A DNA stretch of 54,585 nucleotides from a virus (lineage: Duplodnaviria > Caudoviricetes), in IMG/VR virus record IMGVR_UViG_3300021066_000072, positions 1-54,585 of that record; one strand, 5' to 3'. Of this stretch, positions 26,427 through 35,861 are shown piece by piece; within the stretch, counting starts at the first letter, position 1, and every line of letters begins with the position of its first letter. The translations under genes and the position numbers were made by a program. The notes beneath the pieces are model-generated. The model had not been told where the DNA came from, searched no databases, and saw only the letters and a program-made list of their open reading frames with translations.

Positions 26427-28480
26427 CAGACAACGCCGCCCGGCGGCATCATTCCCGCCATGGCTGGATCCATCGCCGGCATGCCGGCGTCAGGCGGCAG
26501 CCCAGGCGGCCCGGCTGGAGGTCCTGGCGGCAATCCAGGAGGTGCGCCGCCCAGTGCGGCGGGATCCATCGGCGGAGGCGTAGGCTCCAATGAGCCGCCC
26601 TTGAGACGTTTCATTACCTCGAGGACCATGTCCCCGAATTCGCGGTAGCGCGTTTCTATCTCTTCCGGTGCACCTTCGGACTGCGCGCGGTTGAAATACT
26701 GCTTGGTCAGCTCGAGTAGCAGATCGAGTGGGTGCCATTCCTCGACAGCGGGGAGCGGCTTCGTCTCATCGCCAACGTCTTCCATCATGCGCTCCGCGTT
26801 GCGCCGGGGGGCAAGAATCAGTCGATTGGTGTGCGCGATGTCTGGCTCATCAAAGAGCGAAGCCATCATCTCCTGAGGGATGACGCCCTTCTCTGCCAGC
26901 TCGGTGGCCTGAGCCAGCTTGCCGGCGCGCGTCCCCGTCAAGAAATTCACCGGCTCAAGCTGGAGCTGGTACTGCTCGCGCCTCATTGCCACGCTGCCAA
27001 AGTCGAGTCGCTGCAGGCGACCCTTATCCATCCAAGTCGCGAACAGCTTGCGACCCTTTTCCCCGCTCTTCTTGACCCGTCGCGTCCAGCGCCCGGCGGC
27101 GTCCAGAAGGCACTGGGAGACGTCGACCATGTAGTGGCCCACGTCCTCCTCCTGCACTGCGTGGCGGTCGCTGAGCGAGTCCTCTTGCGTATCAAGCGCC
27201 ACGCCAGATGCGCCTGCGCCGAGCGGACTGCGGCCGGTGCTAAACCACTGCGCACAGCCGGTGTGGTTGTGCATGTACTCGATCTTCTTGTCTATCAGCG
27301 CCATTCCGGTCTGACTGACCGGCACCGGGTGGTAGAACTCCGGCGCCTTGGGACCACGGAAGCTGAGCTTGTAGGGTCGATACCCGCTGAGCTTATCGAC
27401 GGGCATGTCGAAATTCTCGGGGACGACCCAAATTCCCTTGCCTGTCGCGGCAATATTCATCGAGATGTCGCCGACCATTCGGTTAAGCTCCATCTGCTCG
27501 CCACGGAGCATCTCGACAATCCCGCGCCCCCAGAACCCAGTCTGCGACGGGAAACAGCTCAGCCGCGGAAACGGGAACCGCTCATCGCGCCACTCGTTGT
27601 AGACGAGCGTTGCATTTGCGAGGCAGGCAACGTAGCGGCCGTCCGTTTCCTCGTCGTCATCACCACAGCTGCCGGACGGCAGATGCCACGCTTCCACGAA
27701 GTCAATGACGTCACGCTGGCCCATTCCGTTCGTCGACGCCAGCCAGTCTGAGCGATGAGATTCGCCGCGCTCAGGGGCCGCCGGGGCGGCCATGATGGCC
27801 TCTTTGTGGTCAGGGAAGCGTGCCAGAAGCGCATCACGACTCACGGTACGGAACCGATGCATCGTGCGAACAGCCTCGGTCCCCTGCTCGGCCTCGTACG
27901 GGTCAATCAACAACTCAGAGCGGTGGACGCGCTCGATGAACACGTCGTCATCGGTCTCGTCGACGTAAACCACCCCATCTCCGCGGACCAGCGCGTCGAG
28001 GATGATGCGCGGACGGAGTCGATCGTATTTGGACTCCATGAGCTTGCCGTGGAGCCAGCGGCGAAATTCCTGCGCTTTGCGTTTGAGAGACCACTCGGCA
28101 TCGTCGACGACGAACATCGGCAAACTCTTGCGCCTTGCCAATCGGTTCTTGAACGTCTCAACAATGCTCGTGGTAACGAAGAGTCTCGACGTGTCGAATC
28201 CGGCCATCTGCAACGCGCGTACACCGGGATGGTATTTGCCGCCCGAGCGGAGCTGGCGGTTCTCGTAAATAAGATCGTGCTCGCGGTCCTGGCGCGCCAT
28301 GCGCTTCCAGACTGACCTCAGCTGCTCGGCCCACGGATAGACCTTGCCGTGAATCTGGGGAACTGGTTCCTTGTCGTCGGCGAGCGGCTCGACCCAGAAC
28401 CGTCCATCACGAGCAGCCTCGACGGATGCGGCACGTTGCTCGGCGCGAGTGCCAGATAGGACGACTTCGGTTGGTTCCAT
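26426..28480 (-). CDS. Portal protein
   Basis: 684 aa; DALVRGDG, EAWHLP, FWGRG, ASG.AL motifs; Pro/Gly/Met-rich tail typical of podovirus portals. Confidence 0.85.
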   Translation of the reverse strand: MEPTEVVLSGTRAEQRAASVEAARDGRFWVEPLADDKEPVPQIHGKVYPWAEQLRSVWKRMARQDREHDLIYENRQLRSGGKYHPGVRALQMAGFDTSRLFVTTSIVETFKNRLARRKSLPMFVVDDAEWSLKRKAQEFRRWLHGKLMESKYDRLRPRIILDALVRGDGVVYVDETDDDVFIERVHRSELLIDPYEAEQGTEAVRTMHRFRTVSRDALLARFPDHKEAIMAAPAAPERGESHRSDWLASTNGMGQRDVIDFVEAWHLPSGSCGDDDEETDGRYVACLANATLVYNEWRDERFPFPRLSCFPSQTGFWGRGIVEMLRGEQMELNRMVGDISMNIAATGKGIWVVPENFDMPVDKLSGYRPYKLSFRGPKAPEFYHPVPVSQTGMALIDKKIEYMHNHTGCAQWFSTGRSPLGAGASGVALDTQEDSLSDRHAVQEEDVGHYMVDVSQCLLDAAGRWTRRVKKSGEKGRKLFATWMDKGRLQRLDFGSVAMRREQYQLQLEPVNFLTGTRAGKLAQATELAEKGVIPQEMMASLFDEPDIAHTNRLILAPRRNAERMMEDVGDETKPLPAVEEWHPLDLLLELTKQYFNRAQSEGAPEEIETRYREFGDMVLEVMKRLKGGSLEPTPPPMDPAALGGAPPGLPPGPPAGPPGLPPDAGMPAMDPAMAGMMPPGGVV

Positions 28481-28924
28481 CTAGATCACTGCCTTGTCCC
28501 AGTCGATTGGAGGAAGGCCACGGTCCTTCCGGTACCGATCGAGCACATCCCGATCTAACCAAATGTTGCCGTTCCCCTCCCTCCGTCCATTGCCCCCAAG
28601 TTCGCGAGGCACCTCGGGGCAGTAGCGCCAGCGAAAGACAGCCACTCGCTCCAGATCGGCCCTTTGACTGCATCCTATGTCACTGGCCCTAAGCCATGCC
28701 CATTCCCGGCATGGCTCACTGGCGCACGTGCACATCTTGTACGCAACGCAGCGAAGGTCAGGATCCGGATCGGCAAAGCTGTATCGCCTGTCACTCTCGA
28801 ACAGCACTGGCGTAAACCACGCATCAGGCAACGTTGATGCACCGCAGAAGGGGGCCGGGCAGCGCCCCGGATTCACCTGTCTCCGATCCTTATCGAAAGG
28901 ATAAGTATTCATGCCATAAATCAT
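28481..28924 (-). CDS. Cys-containing hypothetical protein
   Basis: Abuts portal ATG; ATGA overlap upstream. Confidence 0.6.
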   Translation of the reverse strand: MIYGMNTYPFDKDRRQVNPGRCPAPFCGASTLPDAWFTPVLFESDRRYSFADPDPDLRCVAYKMCTCASEPCREWAWLRASDIGCSQRADLERVAVFRWRYCPEVPRELGGNGRREGNGNIWLDRDVLDRYRKDRGLPPIDWDKAVI

Positions 28925-29118
28925 TTCTTAAACGGCCACTCGGAGAGCGGCCACCCGGAGAACAGCGACCGCGTCTCAAGATTGCTGATGCGGAAATTGA
29001 GGGCGGACAGGACACGCCCGAGTCCTAGCGCCATTTCCTCAGGCGGCAGACGCCTGACTGACTCAGCAATGGCGATCGAGCGCCACATCGCTTCACCCAG
29101 AGGATGGATCCGGATCAT
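28921..29118 (-). CDS. Hypothetical protein
   Basis: ATGA overlaps. Confidence 0.6.
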   Translation of the reverse strand: MIRIHPLGEAMWRSIAIAESVRRLPPEEMALGLGRVLSALNFRISNLETRSLFSGWPLSEWPFKK

Positions 29119-29366
29119 TCTTCCTCGAAATCACGCATGTCACCACTCACCGGCGCCGCCGACGCCATCCGCTTGCGCGGATAATCATCGACTACGCCGA
29201 CGAGCCGCACGCCATTCTTGCCGACCTCGACGACATCACAGCGGATGCCGCGATTACGGAGGAACTCGAGCAGGTCTTTGGCCGCCTCGCAGTGATCACT
29301 GACAGAGCGAGGCTCATAGCGCTCGGCACTGGGCTCGTCAACGGGGCCGAGAATTGGGGCGGTCAT
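29115..29366 (-). CDS. Hypothetical protein
   Basis: ATGA overlaps; GAGG SD. Confidence 0.6.
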   Translation of the reverse strand: MTAPILGPVDEPSAERYEPRSVSDHCEAAKDLLEFLRNRGIRCDVVEVGKNGVRLVGVVDDYPRKRMASAAPVSGDMRDFEEE

Positions 29367-29599
29367 GAGTCCTCATCAGAGAGGTCAAGGAGGGATTTGG
29401 ATATATGCGGTTGCCTCGCGGGCAGAATCGGTAATCCCGCACCCGAGGAGAAATTGTGCCTATTCACCCTCTCGAAAGCCTTTTGGGTGACAGCGTCCCA
29501 GTCGTTCGCCCGATGATGCCGAATCTCGGCCGGCTCCTTTGGCCAAGCGGCAACGGCGGCATCTAGACGCGCTAGTTCAGCGTCGGTGAGCAGTGTCAT
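29363..29599 (-). CDS. Hypothetical protein
   Basis: ATGA overlaps; GGAGG SD. Confidence 0.55.
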   Translation of the reverse strand: MTLLTDAELARLDAAVAAWPKEPAEIRHHRANDWDAVTQKAFERVNRHNFSSGAGLPILPARQPHISKSLLDLSDEDS

Positions 29600-29805
29600 T
29601 CGACGGCCTCCGCAAGGCTGACGCGCACATCTCTCTTGCGGAGAGGACACCAGTCCGGAATATCAGCCGATGTCCCGTCGCTGTTGATATAAATCAGACG
29701 TCCGTCGTCAGTCAAAGTGCACGTGTCGTCGTAGTCGAATGGACAATCACTGCAGCGGGCGACAGTGATCTGGGCATACACCCTTATCACCTCTCTCTTA
29801 TTCAC
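29596..29805 (-). CDS. Small Cys-rich protein (CxxCP...C...IPDWCPL)
   Basis: Common phage Cys motif; start uncertain. Confidence 0.6.
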   Translation of the reverse strand: MNKREVIRVYAQITVARCSDCPFDYDDTCTLTDDGRLIYINSDGTSADIPDWCPLRKRDVRVSLAEAVE

Positions 29806-29983
29806 CTGCCACCTCTGCACCCCTCCGGCCGCTGCCGTATGGCCAGCTGAGCGTCAACGACACCAGGTTGCCAGTATCACTCCTGAACCAGAAGCGATCG
29901 TCAACAAATGAGAATCCAGACTCAGTGAGTCCGAGCACAAACGACCGAATGACGTCGCCAGCTATGTCCATGACCGAACTCAT
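29798..29983 (-). CDS. Hypothetical protein
   Basis: ATGA overlap. Confidence 0.5.
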   Translation of the reverse strand: MSSVMDIAGDVIRSFVLGLTESGFSFVDDRFWFRSDTGNLVSLTLSWPYGSGRRGAEVAGE

Positions 29984-30228
29984 TTGCCACTCCAGCGCAA
30001 ACGAGCCCAGAGTCGCCGCACCCAGCGATACGGCAGGCTGACAATCCAGAGAAAGCGTTCCCGGCGCGTCGCCTCGCGCACGATCGCGGTCCCAGTTTCG
30101 ACGTCGACCCGCTCAACGACATGAGATGGCGGTCGCCACCAGTCACTGCCGCGCGCAATGCGCATTCCCGGCTCGAAGTTGAATGAGTCATCGGGCTCGC
30201 AGAGCGTAACTGCTTTGATGCGATTCAC
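29980..30228 (-). CDS. Hypothetical protein
   Basis: GTGA overlap; GGAGG SD. Confidence 0.55.
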   Translation of the reverse strand: MNRIKAVTLCEPDDSFNFEPGMRIARGSDWWRPPSHVVERVDVETGTAIVREATRRERFLWIVSLPYRWVRRLWARLRWSGK

Positions 30229-30722
30229 TTGCCGCCTCCCAGCTCTTCCCTGAGCAAGAGCCACCCTGACGGCGATTTCGCGGCCTGAACCACCCTGGCC
30301 TCGAACGCTTTCAGCCGCTCCAGTGCAGGCCTGACTTCGGCTTCGAAGGTCATCAAGCGCTGCAGCTCAGCAGCTGCCGACTGAATCTCGGCGCCGAGGG
30401 TGAATAGGACATCGCCGCGATGAACGACGGGCGGGACTCCCTTGCTGCGAACAGCGGCGATCTTCGACCGCACAGCCGCTGCCGCCGCAGCCTTCTCTCG
30501 CTCCGCCTCAGCAGCAGCCGCCGCAGCGTCCAGCGCGGCAGCATGCCTCTCGAGCCACCGCCCGCCCACTGTGACGTTCGCGTAATCGTCCCAGGCTTCG
30601 GGGACGCTTTCCGCGTCCTCGCCCTCGCGAAACCATCGCGCTTCGGGCACGCTCTCCGCGTCCTCGCCCTCGCGAAACCATCGCTCGGCGGTGTCATCGT
30701 CAGTCGCTGTCTGGTGAGCCAT
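30225..30722 (-). CDS. Hypothetical protein with a duplicated 15-aa motif
   Basis: GAGGAG SD; RWFREGEDAESVPEA x2. Confidence 0.65.
   Translation of the reverse strand: MAHQTATDDDTAERWFREGEDAESVPEARWFREGEDAESVPEAWDDYANVTVGGRWLERHAAALDAAAAAAEAEREKAAAAAAVRSKIAAVRSKGVPPVVHRGDVLFTLGAEIQSAAAELQRLMTFEAEVRPALERLKAFEARVVQAAKSPSGWLLLREELGGGK
30595..30684. repeat. 45-bp tandem duplication
   Basis: Two copies differing at two synonymous positions. Confidence 0.9.
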
Positions 30723-30748
30723 TTCCGCTGATGCTCCTCGGCCCGGCC

Positions 30749-32428
30749 TTACGACCAGCCCTCTTGCTCGTACTCGTCGGCTGGCTCTGATGCACGACTC
30801 ATGCTCTCGATCATTCGACGAGCACGGCGAGCATCGAGTTCGGCTTCGGTCTTCGGTGGGCCGGTGAACTCGAGACGACGCGCAACCATGTCGCGGTAGG
30901 CGTAGAGCGATGCGTCGGACGCGTCGTTGCCGAGCTTCTCGCCGTTCGCATTGGTGCGGTCTTTCCACTCGACGCGCTTGCCGGTCCCCAGCACCTTCCA
31001 GTGCAGTTCCTTTTGCTCCGCGAGCAACGCGGAGTCCTTCCGGTAGAGGACGCGTCCGGCGTAAATCTCGCCGTTGAATAGATCGATCCACGTTTCCTTG
31101 CCGTGCTTCTCGGCGTCCTCGATCGGCAGGCCCATCGCTTCGCGCCAGCCCTCGAGTGTCGACTTGGCCATAGCTCCGCCCGCATCGCCCCGGAACGTCA
31201 CCAGCGCGCCCGCGACCTGCTCGTACACACGGTGCAAGCGCACGCGCATCTGATCTGTGATCAGTCCCGACCGCTTCCAGCTCCCCATTTCGTAGATCTC
31301 GGCCACCTGCGGCGAGAAGGCCCACAGCACCCAGGCAAACGGGTCGGAATGGCCGAAGTCCACGCCTAGCGCGAAATACCAAGTGATCGGCTCCTGATTG
31401 CCGTCCTCGCTCGTGACGAGCTGTGGCAAGTCTGCAACCGCTTTGGTGTGGTCGTAGAACCCTTCGCTGTTGACGCGTGACAGAGCGTAAACCACAGGAG
31501 GCTTCGCGTGGACCGCGTAGACGTAAAGCGCGTCGCCCGTTGTCCATTTACCCAGCCACTCACGAATGAATTGCGGGGGCGGGTCGTTGATATCCCAGCC
31601 CTTGGCCTCGAGTACCGCACCAGCCGTTGCCGCCCAGCGTTCCTCCGCTGTGCTGCCGTAGCGCGGATTGTCCGTGACCGACCACTCGTGCACTTCCCAA
31701 CCCGGGGCTCGTGGCCCCTGCTCGGGCTCCTTAGTTACCTCGAAAAAGAGACCGCTGAGATTTTTCGACGGCGTGCCGGACAGCCAGAGCTCACCGGCTT
31801 CGTCGCCCGGCTTGGCCAGGAGGGGGACCACAACCTCGTCGACGAAGTATTCGAGGGATGGGAACTTCTGGGCCTCGTCAACCCAGACGATGTGTTTGTC
31901 GCCACCGCGAAACTTGTCGGCGTCTTCAGGACGGTCAGCGGCAAAAATGCTGAGCTGCGAGCCGTTGCGGAAATCAATAATAAGTTCGGACTCATTGACG
32001 TAGACGTCCGTCTTCGGATTGCGGTCGAAGTCGTCGCGGTTCTTTGCGACGCGTAGTCCGAGCTGCTCGATGAGGTCACGCCAGCCATCCCGCGAGTCGG
32101 AGCGCCAAGCCAGGCGCTTCGCTTCAGCACGCGTTTCATTGCAATAGGTGACGCGAAAGTTGGCGGCCTCGAGGCAGCGAGCCATCGTCTCGCGGCATCC
32201 GCCGTGCGTCTTGCCGGCGCGGCGAGTCGTCTTCGTCGCCTGCCGCTTGGCCCGGCTGGTATACCCCGCTCGTTGCTTCGGGTGGTAGACAGCCCGGCAG
32301 CGAGCCGCGAGCTCGCGAAAGCGCTCCTGACAAGAAGCAGCTTGCTCCTGATTCCTTGTCGCCAAATCACGGCGGCGGGCTTTCTCCGCCAGCAGCGTGG
32401 CGAGCGAAATCAGAACCAGCGCAATCAC
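30749..32428 (-). CDS. Terminase large subunit
   Basis: TRRAGKT Walker A, VWVDEAQ Walker B, GTP coupling motif, GVDFG..D and NDASDA nuclease acidic residues. Confidence 0.92.
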   Translation of the reverse strand: MIALVLISLATLLAEKARRRDLATRNQEQAASCQERFRELAARCRAVYHPKQRAGYTSRAKRQATKTTRRAGKTHGGCRETMARCLEAANFRVTYCNETRAEAKRLAWRSDSRDGWRDLIEQLGLRVAKNRDDFDRNPKTDVYVNESELIIDFRNGSQLSIFAADRPEDADKFRGGDKHIVWVDEAQKFPSLEYFVDEVVVPLLAKPGDEAGELWLSGTPSKNLSGLFFEVTKEPEQGPRAPGWEVHEWSVTDNPRYGSTAEERWAATAGAVLEAKGWDINDPPPQFIREWLGKWTTGDALYVYAVHAKPPVVYALSRVNSEGFYDHTKAVADLPQLVTSEDGNQEPITWYFALGVDFGHSDPFAWVLWAFSPQVAEIYEMGSWKRSGLITDQMRVRLHRVYEQVAGALVTFRGDAGGAMAKSTLEGWREAMGLPIEDAEKHGKETWIDLFNGEIYAGRVLYRKDSALLAEQKELHWKVLGTGKRVEWKDRTNANGEKLGNDASDASLYAYRDMVARRLEFTGPPKTEAELDARRARRMIESMSRASEPADEYEQEGWS

Positions 32429-32649
32429 GCGCAGGCTTTCTCCTTGAGCCGCTCGATAATTACTTCGCCTTCATCGTCCGAGGCGTTGAAGACGGCCTTG
32501 CCCGTGACCCGAACGCGCATTGGGTCAACAACCTTCAGCGTGCGGTCAGAAACGAGCACGACGAGATACCCGTCGCGCCAACCGATAACGACACCCTCAG
32601 TCGTGTCATCGGTAACAAAGAAATCGATTAGACCCGGGAATTCGCCCAT
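32425..32649 (-). CDS. Hypothetical protein
   Basis: GAGGT SD; GTGA overlap with terL. Confidence 0.6.
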   Translation of the reverse strand: MGEFPGLIDFFVTDDTTEGVVIGWRDGYLVVLVSDRTLKVVDPMRVRVTGKAVFNASDDEGEVIIERLKEKACA

Positions 32650-32654
32650 TTACC

Positions 32655-32936
32655 TCACTCCTTCCGGCGTCCAAAACCACTGCAGAAATTCACCGCCCGC
32701 CAGCCCGGTGGATCGACAGCCCACGACCCGTCGCCGTGAAATGCAACAGCCACCAGCCAGCCGACAGATTCTTCGCCATCCAGAGGATCTAATCCATAAA
32801 ACCAAGCACTCCATCCGCGCTCCTCGTCCTCGGTCCAGCCTGGAGCTCTTGTTTTCTTCCCTCTCGCCTCCCTGTCCTGGAAATCCATCTCAGCCGCGAT
32901 CAGCTCAGCGGCTCGTATTTCCACCGGGCAATCCAT
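32655..32936 (-). CDS. Hypothetical protein
   Basis: Fits operon. Confidence 0.55.
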   Translation of the reverse strand: MDCPVEIRAAELIAAEMDFQDREARGKKTRAPGWTEDEERGWSAWFYGLDPLDGEESVGWLVAVAFHGDGSWAVDPPGWRAVNFCSGFGRRKE

Positions 32937-32937
32937 C

Positions 32938-33525
32938 TCACCGCACTCCTTCTGGCACCCAAACTAGAGGCTCGTCGGCCGGCTGACTTGGTGCATCGTC
33001 GGCCACTTCTCGACCCAGGACGCGGCACAAGAACTCGAACACCGCGTCGTAGATACCGGGCGCCTTGCTCTCGCGTGGGCCGGCGATATTCAGTGACGTG
33101 ACCTGGCGCTTCTTGAGCCAGGCGATCACGTCGGCCACTCGCTTGTTGCTCGGCGAGAGCGTCGGGTGCAAACCAACCATCAGCAACGGGCGATTGTGTT
33201 TTTTGCACAGCTTCTGCGTCAAAAGCGATCCCCCGGTGAGGCGCTCGCCGTCGAAGTGACAGAGCATCGTGGCCGCTGCGTGTTTGACATTTAGCGCCGT
33301 GCGCTGCGTGTAGCTAGAGCTCGATGCTTCCTCGAGCCTGTATTGCTCGGGAATGGAACCATCCTCGGAGAGTCGCCCCTTGGGACAGAAGCCAGCGTGC
33401 GGGATGCCGACGGCAATAGCGGCGTCCAGCCCAGCTCGGTCGGCGCCAGTTTGGCCGCCAGAAACAACGACCTGGACAGGGAGGCCGCGGCGAGGGACGA
33501 GAATGGGGTCACTCACATCTGTCAC
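32938..33525 (-). CDS. SLOG superfamily protein (putative molybdenum carrier / cpYpsA-like)
   Basis: VSGGQTGADRAGLDAA..G.CPKGR..EDG.IP..Y..RT..NV..LNIAGPRESKAPGIY; start GTG 33525 inferred from GTGA overlap. Confidence 0.88.
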   Translation of the reverse strand: MTDVSDPILVPRRGLPVQVVVSGGQTGADRAGLDAAIAVGIPHAGFCPKGRLSEDGSIPEQYRLEEASSSSYTQRTALNVKHAAATMLCHFDGERLTGGSLLTQKLCKKHNRPLLMVGLHPTLSPSNKRVADVIAWLKKRQVTSLNIAGPRESKAPGIYDAVFEFLCRVLGREVADDAPSQPADEPLVWVPEGVR

Positions 33526-33686
33526 GACTTCACCGTCACGCACTTCTTGAAACCGCACATCCAATCCCCGTAGGCGAACTCGCCGTAACAGGCAAGGGGA
33601 AGCAGCACAATGCCCAGGGCAAATACGAAGGCGACCAGCCAGATCAGCCTATCTTCCCAGGTCCAGGGTCTTCCCCTTCGCCTCAC
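33522..33686 (-). CDS. 54-aa membrane microprotein (below the ORF-track cutoff)
   Basis: MRRRGRPWTWEDRLIWLVAFVFALGIVLLPLACYGEFAYGDWMCGFKKCVTVKS; AGAGGA SD; paralog at 35858-36043. Confidence 0.75.
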   Translation of the reverse strand: MRRRGRPWTWEDRLIWLVAFVFALGIVLLPLACYGEFAYGDWMCGFKKCVTVKS

Positions 33687-33838
33687 AGTTTCCTCTTGCG
33701 CGAACCCCTGCGGACCTCATCCGCCACGAATCCCGCCATCATGGATGGCAGTTCCTTAAGGGAGGGCGCCCTTTGTTCCATGAAGGAAAAGAACTCCTCC
33801 ATGATTTCCTTCATTTGATTACCCGACTGATTCTTCAT
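33683..33838 (-). CDS. 51-aa hypothetical protein
   Basis: MKNQSGNQMKEIMEEFF...; ATGA and GTGA overlaps. Confidence 0.55.
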   Translation of the reverse strand: MKNQSGNQMKEIMEEFFSFMEQRAPSLKELPSMMAGFVADEVRRGSRKRKL

Positions 33839-34338
33839 GGCTTCTCCTCTGGTAGTACGATTTCACTTGGTGGCGGAACCAACGGCTTACGCGCCCCCGG
33901 TGGCCGACGAACTGGAGTTGGGGGCGGCGCATAAATCGGCTGCTCTGGCGGAGACTCAGCCACCACGGGTTGCGCGGGGAGCGCGGCCTGTACAGAGGCG
34001 AAGTCGGCTCTTGCGTCGAGCAAAGCCTTCGTCGGCGCCAACACTGCGCCCTGCGGCGGACCGTCGCTATCGCCCACGTAGCGCAGCAAGCAGCGATCAA
34101 CAGGCACGGAGACAGTCACATAGGCGCTCGCCGGCACAATTCCATTGGCCCCGCACTCGACTCGGGCCGCCTCGGTCATCGATCCATTCGTCGGTGCCGT
34201 GATGAAGACGCGATCGGCTCCGACGTGAACACGGACGTCGCTGTGCTCTTTTCCGGCTGGCTCGATATCTGTGATCGATTTGCGGCCTGGGAGCGTGAGC
34301 GGCTCGTAGAAATGGATGCTGTAGAGGACGGACGTCAT
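33835..34338 (-). CDS. Hypothetical protein, Pro-rich C-terminus
   Basis: GGAGG SD. Confidence 0.65.
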   Translation of the reverse strand: MTSVLYSIHFYEPLTLPGRKSITDIEPAGKEHSDVRVHVGADRVFITAPTNGSMTEAARVECGANGIVPASAYVTVSVPVDRCLLRYVGDSDGPPQGAVLAPTKALLDARADFASVQAALPAQPVVAESPPEQPIYAPPPTPVRRPPGARKPLVPPPSEIVLPEEKP

Positions 34339-34578
34339 TTAGCCCTCCCATTCAGATTCGTCGCCAGAAGCACCAAGGCTAAGAACAAGCTCCTTGATCA
34401 ACTTCCTTTTCTCGATGCCGCTCTGATGGAGTTCATCGTTCAAGAGGCGCAATTTCTCCTCTGCGGCCTTGCAACATTCGACCGCGCGGTCAGCCTCCGA
34501 GTATAAAGAACTAAGCCTTTCAATAGCTTTTTTGAGCTCGGGAATTATGACATCAGTGTCACGCGCGTCACCCTTCAT
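34339..34578 (-). CDS. Small coiled-coil protein
   Basis: AGGAG SD; overlaps upstream stop. Confidence 0.6.
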   Translation of the reverse strand: MKGDARDTDVIIPELKKAIERLSSLYSEADRAVECCKAAEEKLRLLNDELHQSGIEKRKLIKELVLSLGASGDESEWEG

Positions 34579-35111
34579 CTATTTCTCCTTCGGCCGAGGA
34601 AGTCCTCGACGCTGCGATACACAACGCTGATGCCGGCATTCCCGGCTGCTGATATCAGCCCGCGCTCTACCCCGAGATTCCGCTTCGAGTTCCTATTCGT
34701 GCGCTCGGATGGTTGAAACGTGTAGACCAAATCGTCGCGCACTCCAGCAGCAGCGACCATCCGCGTGAAGAGTCCAATGCGGCGCAGCGGCAATGGCTGG
34801 CTACCGCCCTCAACTCGTATCTCGCGCCGGACAGATCCGAAGTGCACCGTGACTACCGGACCCGGCGTGTAACAGAGCCACGACCAGATCCACGTTGGGT
34901 CCGTCTGGCTGGCGCCCACGAGAAGCCTTGTATCGGGGTCCTGTAATAGACCGTCGGTCACCACTGAGCCGAAGTAGGCTCGGTACTCCGGTCCACGTAG
35001 TCGCCGACAGCGCTCCGATAGACGCCAATTCTGACGCCAGCTGTCGAGGATGTACGGCAGGTCCTCGGGGATAGGATCGCGAAAGTTGATGCGGACAACG
35101 GGTTGCATCAT
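34575..35111 (-). CDS. GNAT-family acetyltransferase-like protein
   Basis: FRD..PEDLPYILDSW...LLVGA...DP..IWSW..VHF..V...LRRIGLF. Confidence 0.65.
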   Translation of the reverse strand: MMQPVVRINFRDPIPEDLPYILDSWRQNWRLSERCRRLRGPEYRAYFGSVVTDGLLQDPDTRLLVGASQTDPTWIWSWLCYTPGPVVTVHFGSVRREIRVEGGSQPLPLRRIGLFTRMVAAAGVRDDLVYTFQPSERTNRNSKRNLGVERGLISAAGNAGISVVYRSVEDFLGRRRNR

Positions 35112-35434
35112 TCACCGCCCAGGTCCGGCCACGACTCGATATTCACCGCACGGCAAACTCCGCAATAGGAGCGACCGACCCAATCGCACACTGGGCAAGT
35201 GCGGCGCAAATGAAGTCGTGAGCCATGGCCCTCAGAACATGAGTAAGTTCGGTACATGCAATTGCTATCGTGATCGTGGCCTGGCGGAGAAAGGTAGCCA
35301 ACACAGGTCCACGTGGTCTCGTCGTGCGCAACGAACGGCAGACCGCAACGGCAGCGCTCGATCGTTCGGCGGAGTGGGCCCTGCCATTCACAGACCGGAT
35401 GGATTGATGCCGATGGAGCCACTGAAATCACCAC
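35108..35434 (-). CDS. Cys/His-rich Zn-binding protein
   Basis: VGYLSPPGHDHDSNC..C..GH..CPVC..CGVC; start uncertain. Confidence 0.55.
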   Translation of the reverse strand: MVISVAPSASIHPVCEWQGPLRRTIERCRCGLPFVAHDETTWTCVGYLSPPGHDHDSNCMYRTYSCSEGHGSRLHLRRTCPVCDWVGRSYCGVCRAVNIESWPDLGGE

Positions 35435-35861
35435 GGCGCCTTGCGCATGGCCTGTAGAAAAGTCTCGATATCACGAAGCGAAAGAGCAGCGGACCGTTAC
35501 TCGATCCCGCGGTCGGCAGCTTGCACTTTTGACAAGGGCCGGCGCCATTGGGAATCCACTGCTCAAGACCAATGATGCGGTCGTCAGGCTTTGCTGCCCT
35601 GTACTTCGTCGTCACGACACCGCCAGGATCCCATCCAAGGCTAACGATAACCTCGTCCGTGTAGACGCTCTTGAGCATCTCCTCGTAGGCGGTCAGGGTT
35701 AGCATCTCCTCGTAGGCGATCAGGGTTAGATTTTTGCTTCGCCCTGGTAGCTCCTTCGGCTTTCGCCTCCGAGCAAACCAGCCACGCTTCCGAGCCCAGC
35801 GATAGCGGAGCCAGCCCATGAGGGTCGGGGCTTCGTCGTCGCAGTCGTCGCAGGTACTCAT
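35388..35861 (-). CDS. Hypothetical protein containing capsid-like motifs
   Basis: ATGA overlap; YEEMLKSVYTDEVIVSL and IIGLEQWIP. Confidence 0.6.
   Translation of the reverse strand: MSTCDDCDDEAPTLMGWLRYRWARKRGWFARRRKPKELPGRSKNLTLIAYEEMLTLTAYEEMLKSVYTDEVIVSLGWDPGGVVTTKYRAAKPDDRIIGLEQWIPNGAGPCQKCKLPTAGSSNGPLLFRFVISRLFYRPCARRRGDFSGSIGINPSGL
35674..35727. repeat. 27-bp tandem duplication
   Basis: AGCATCTCCTCGTAGGCG(G/A)TCAGGGTT x2, one mismatch. Confidence 0.9.

Noticed and set aside
26732-27751. Long plus-strand ORFs opposite structural genes (also 7289-8263, 16074-16898, 32204-32986)
   Set aside because: Antisense shadows expected in GC-rich coding DNA; no motifs or coupling
30225-31547. 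440-aa ORF overlapping terL
   Set aside because: The upstream part is an Arg-rich off-frame reading of terL; only 30225-30722 has an SD and protein-like content
32938-33525. Molybdenum-cofactor metabolism
   Set aside because: The family name is historical; no Moco genes are present and the SLOG fold suggests nucleotide handling
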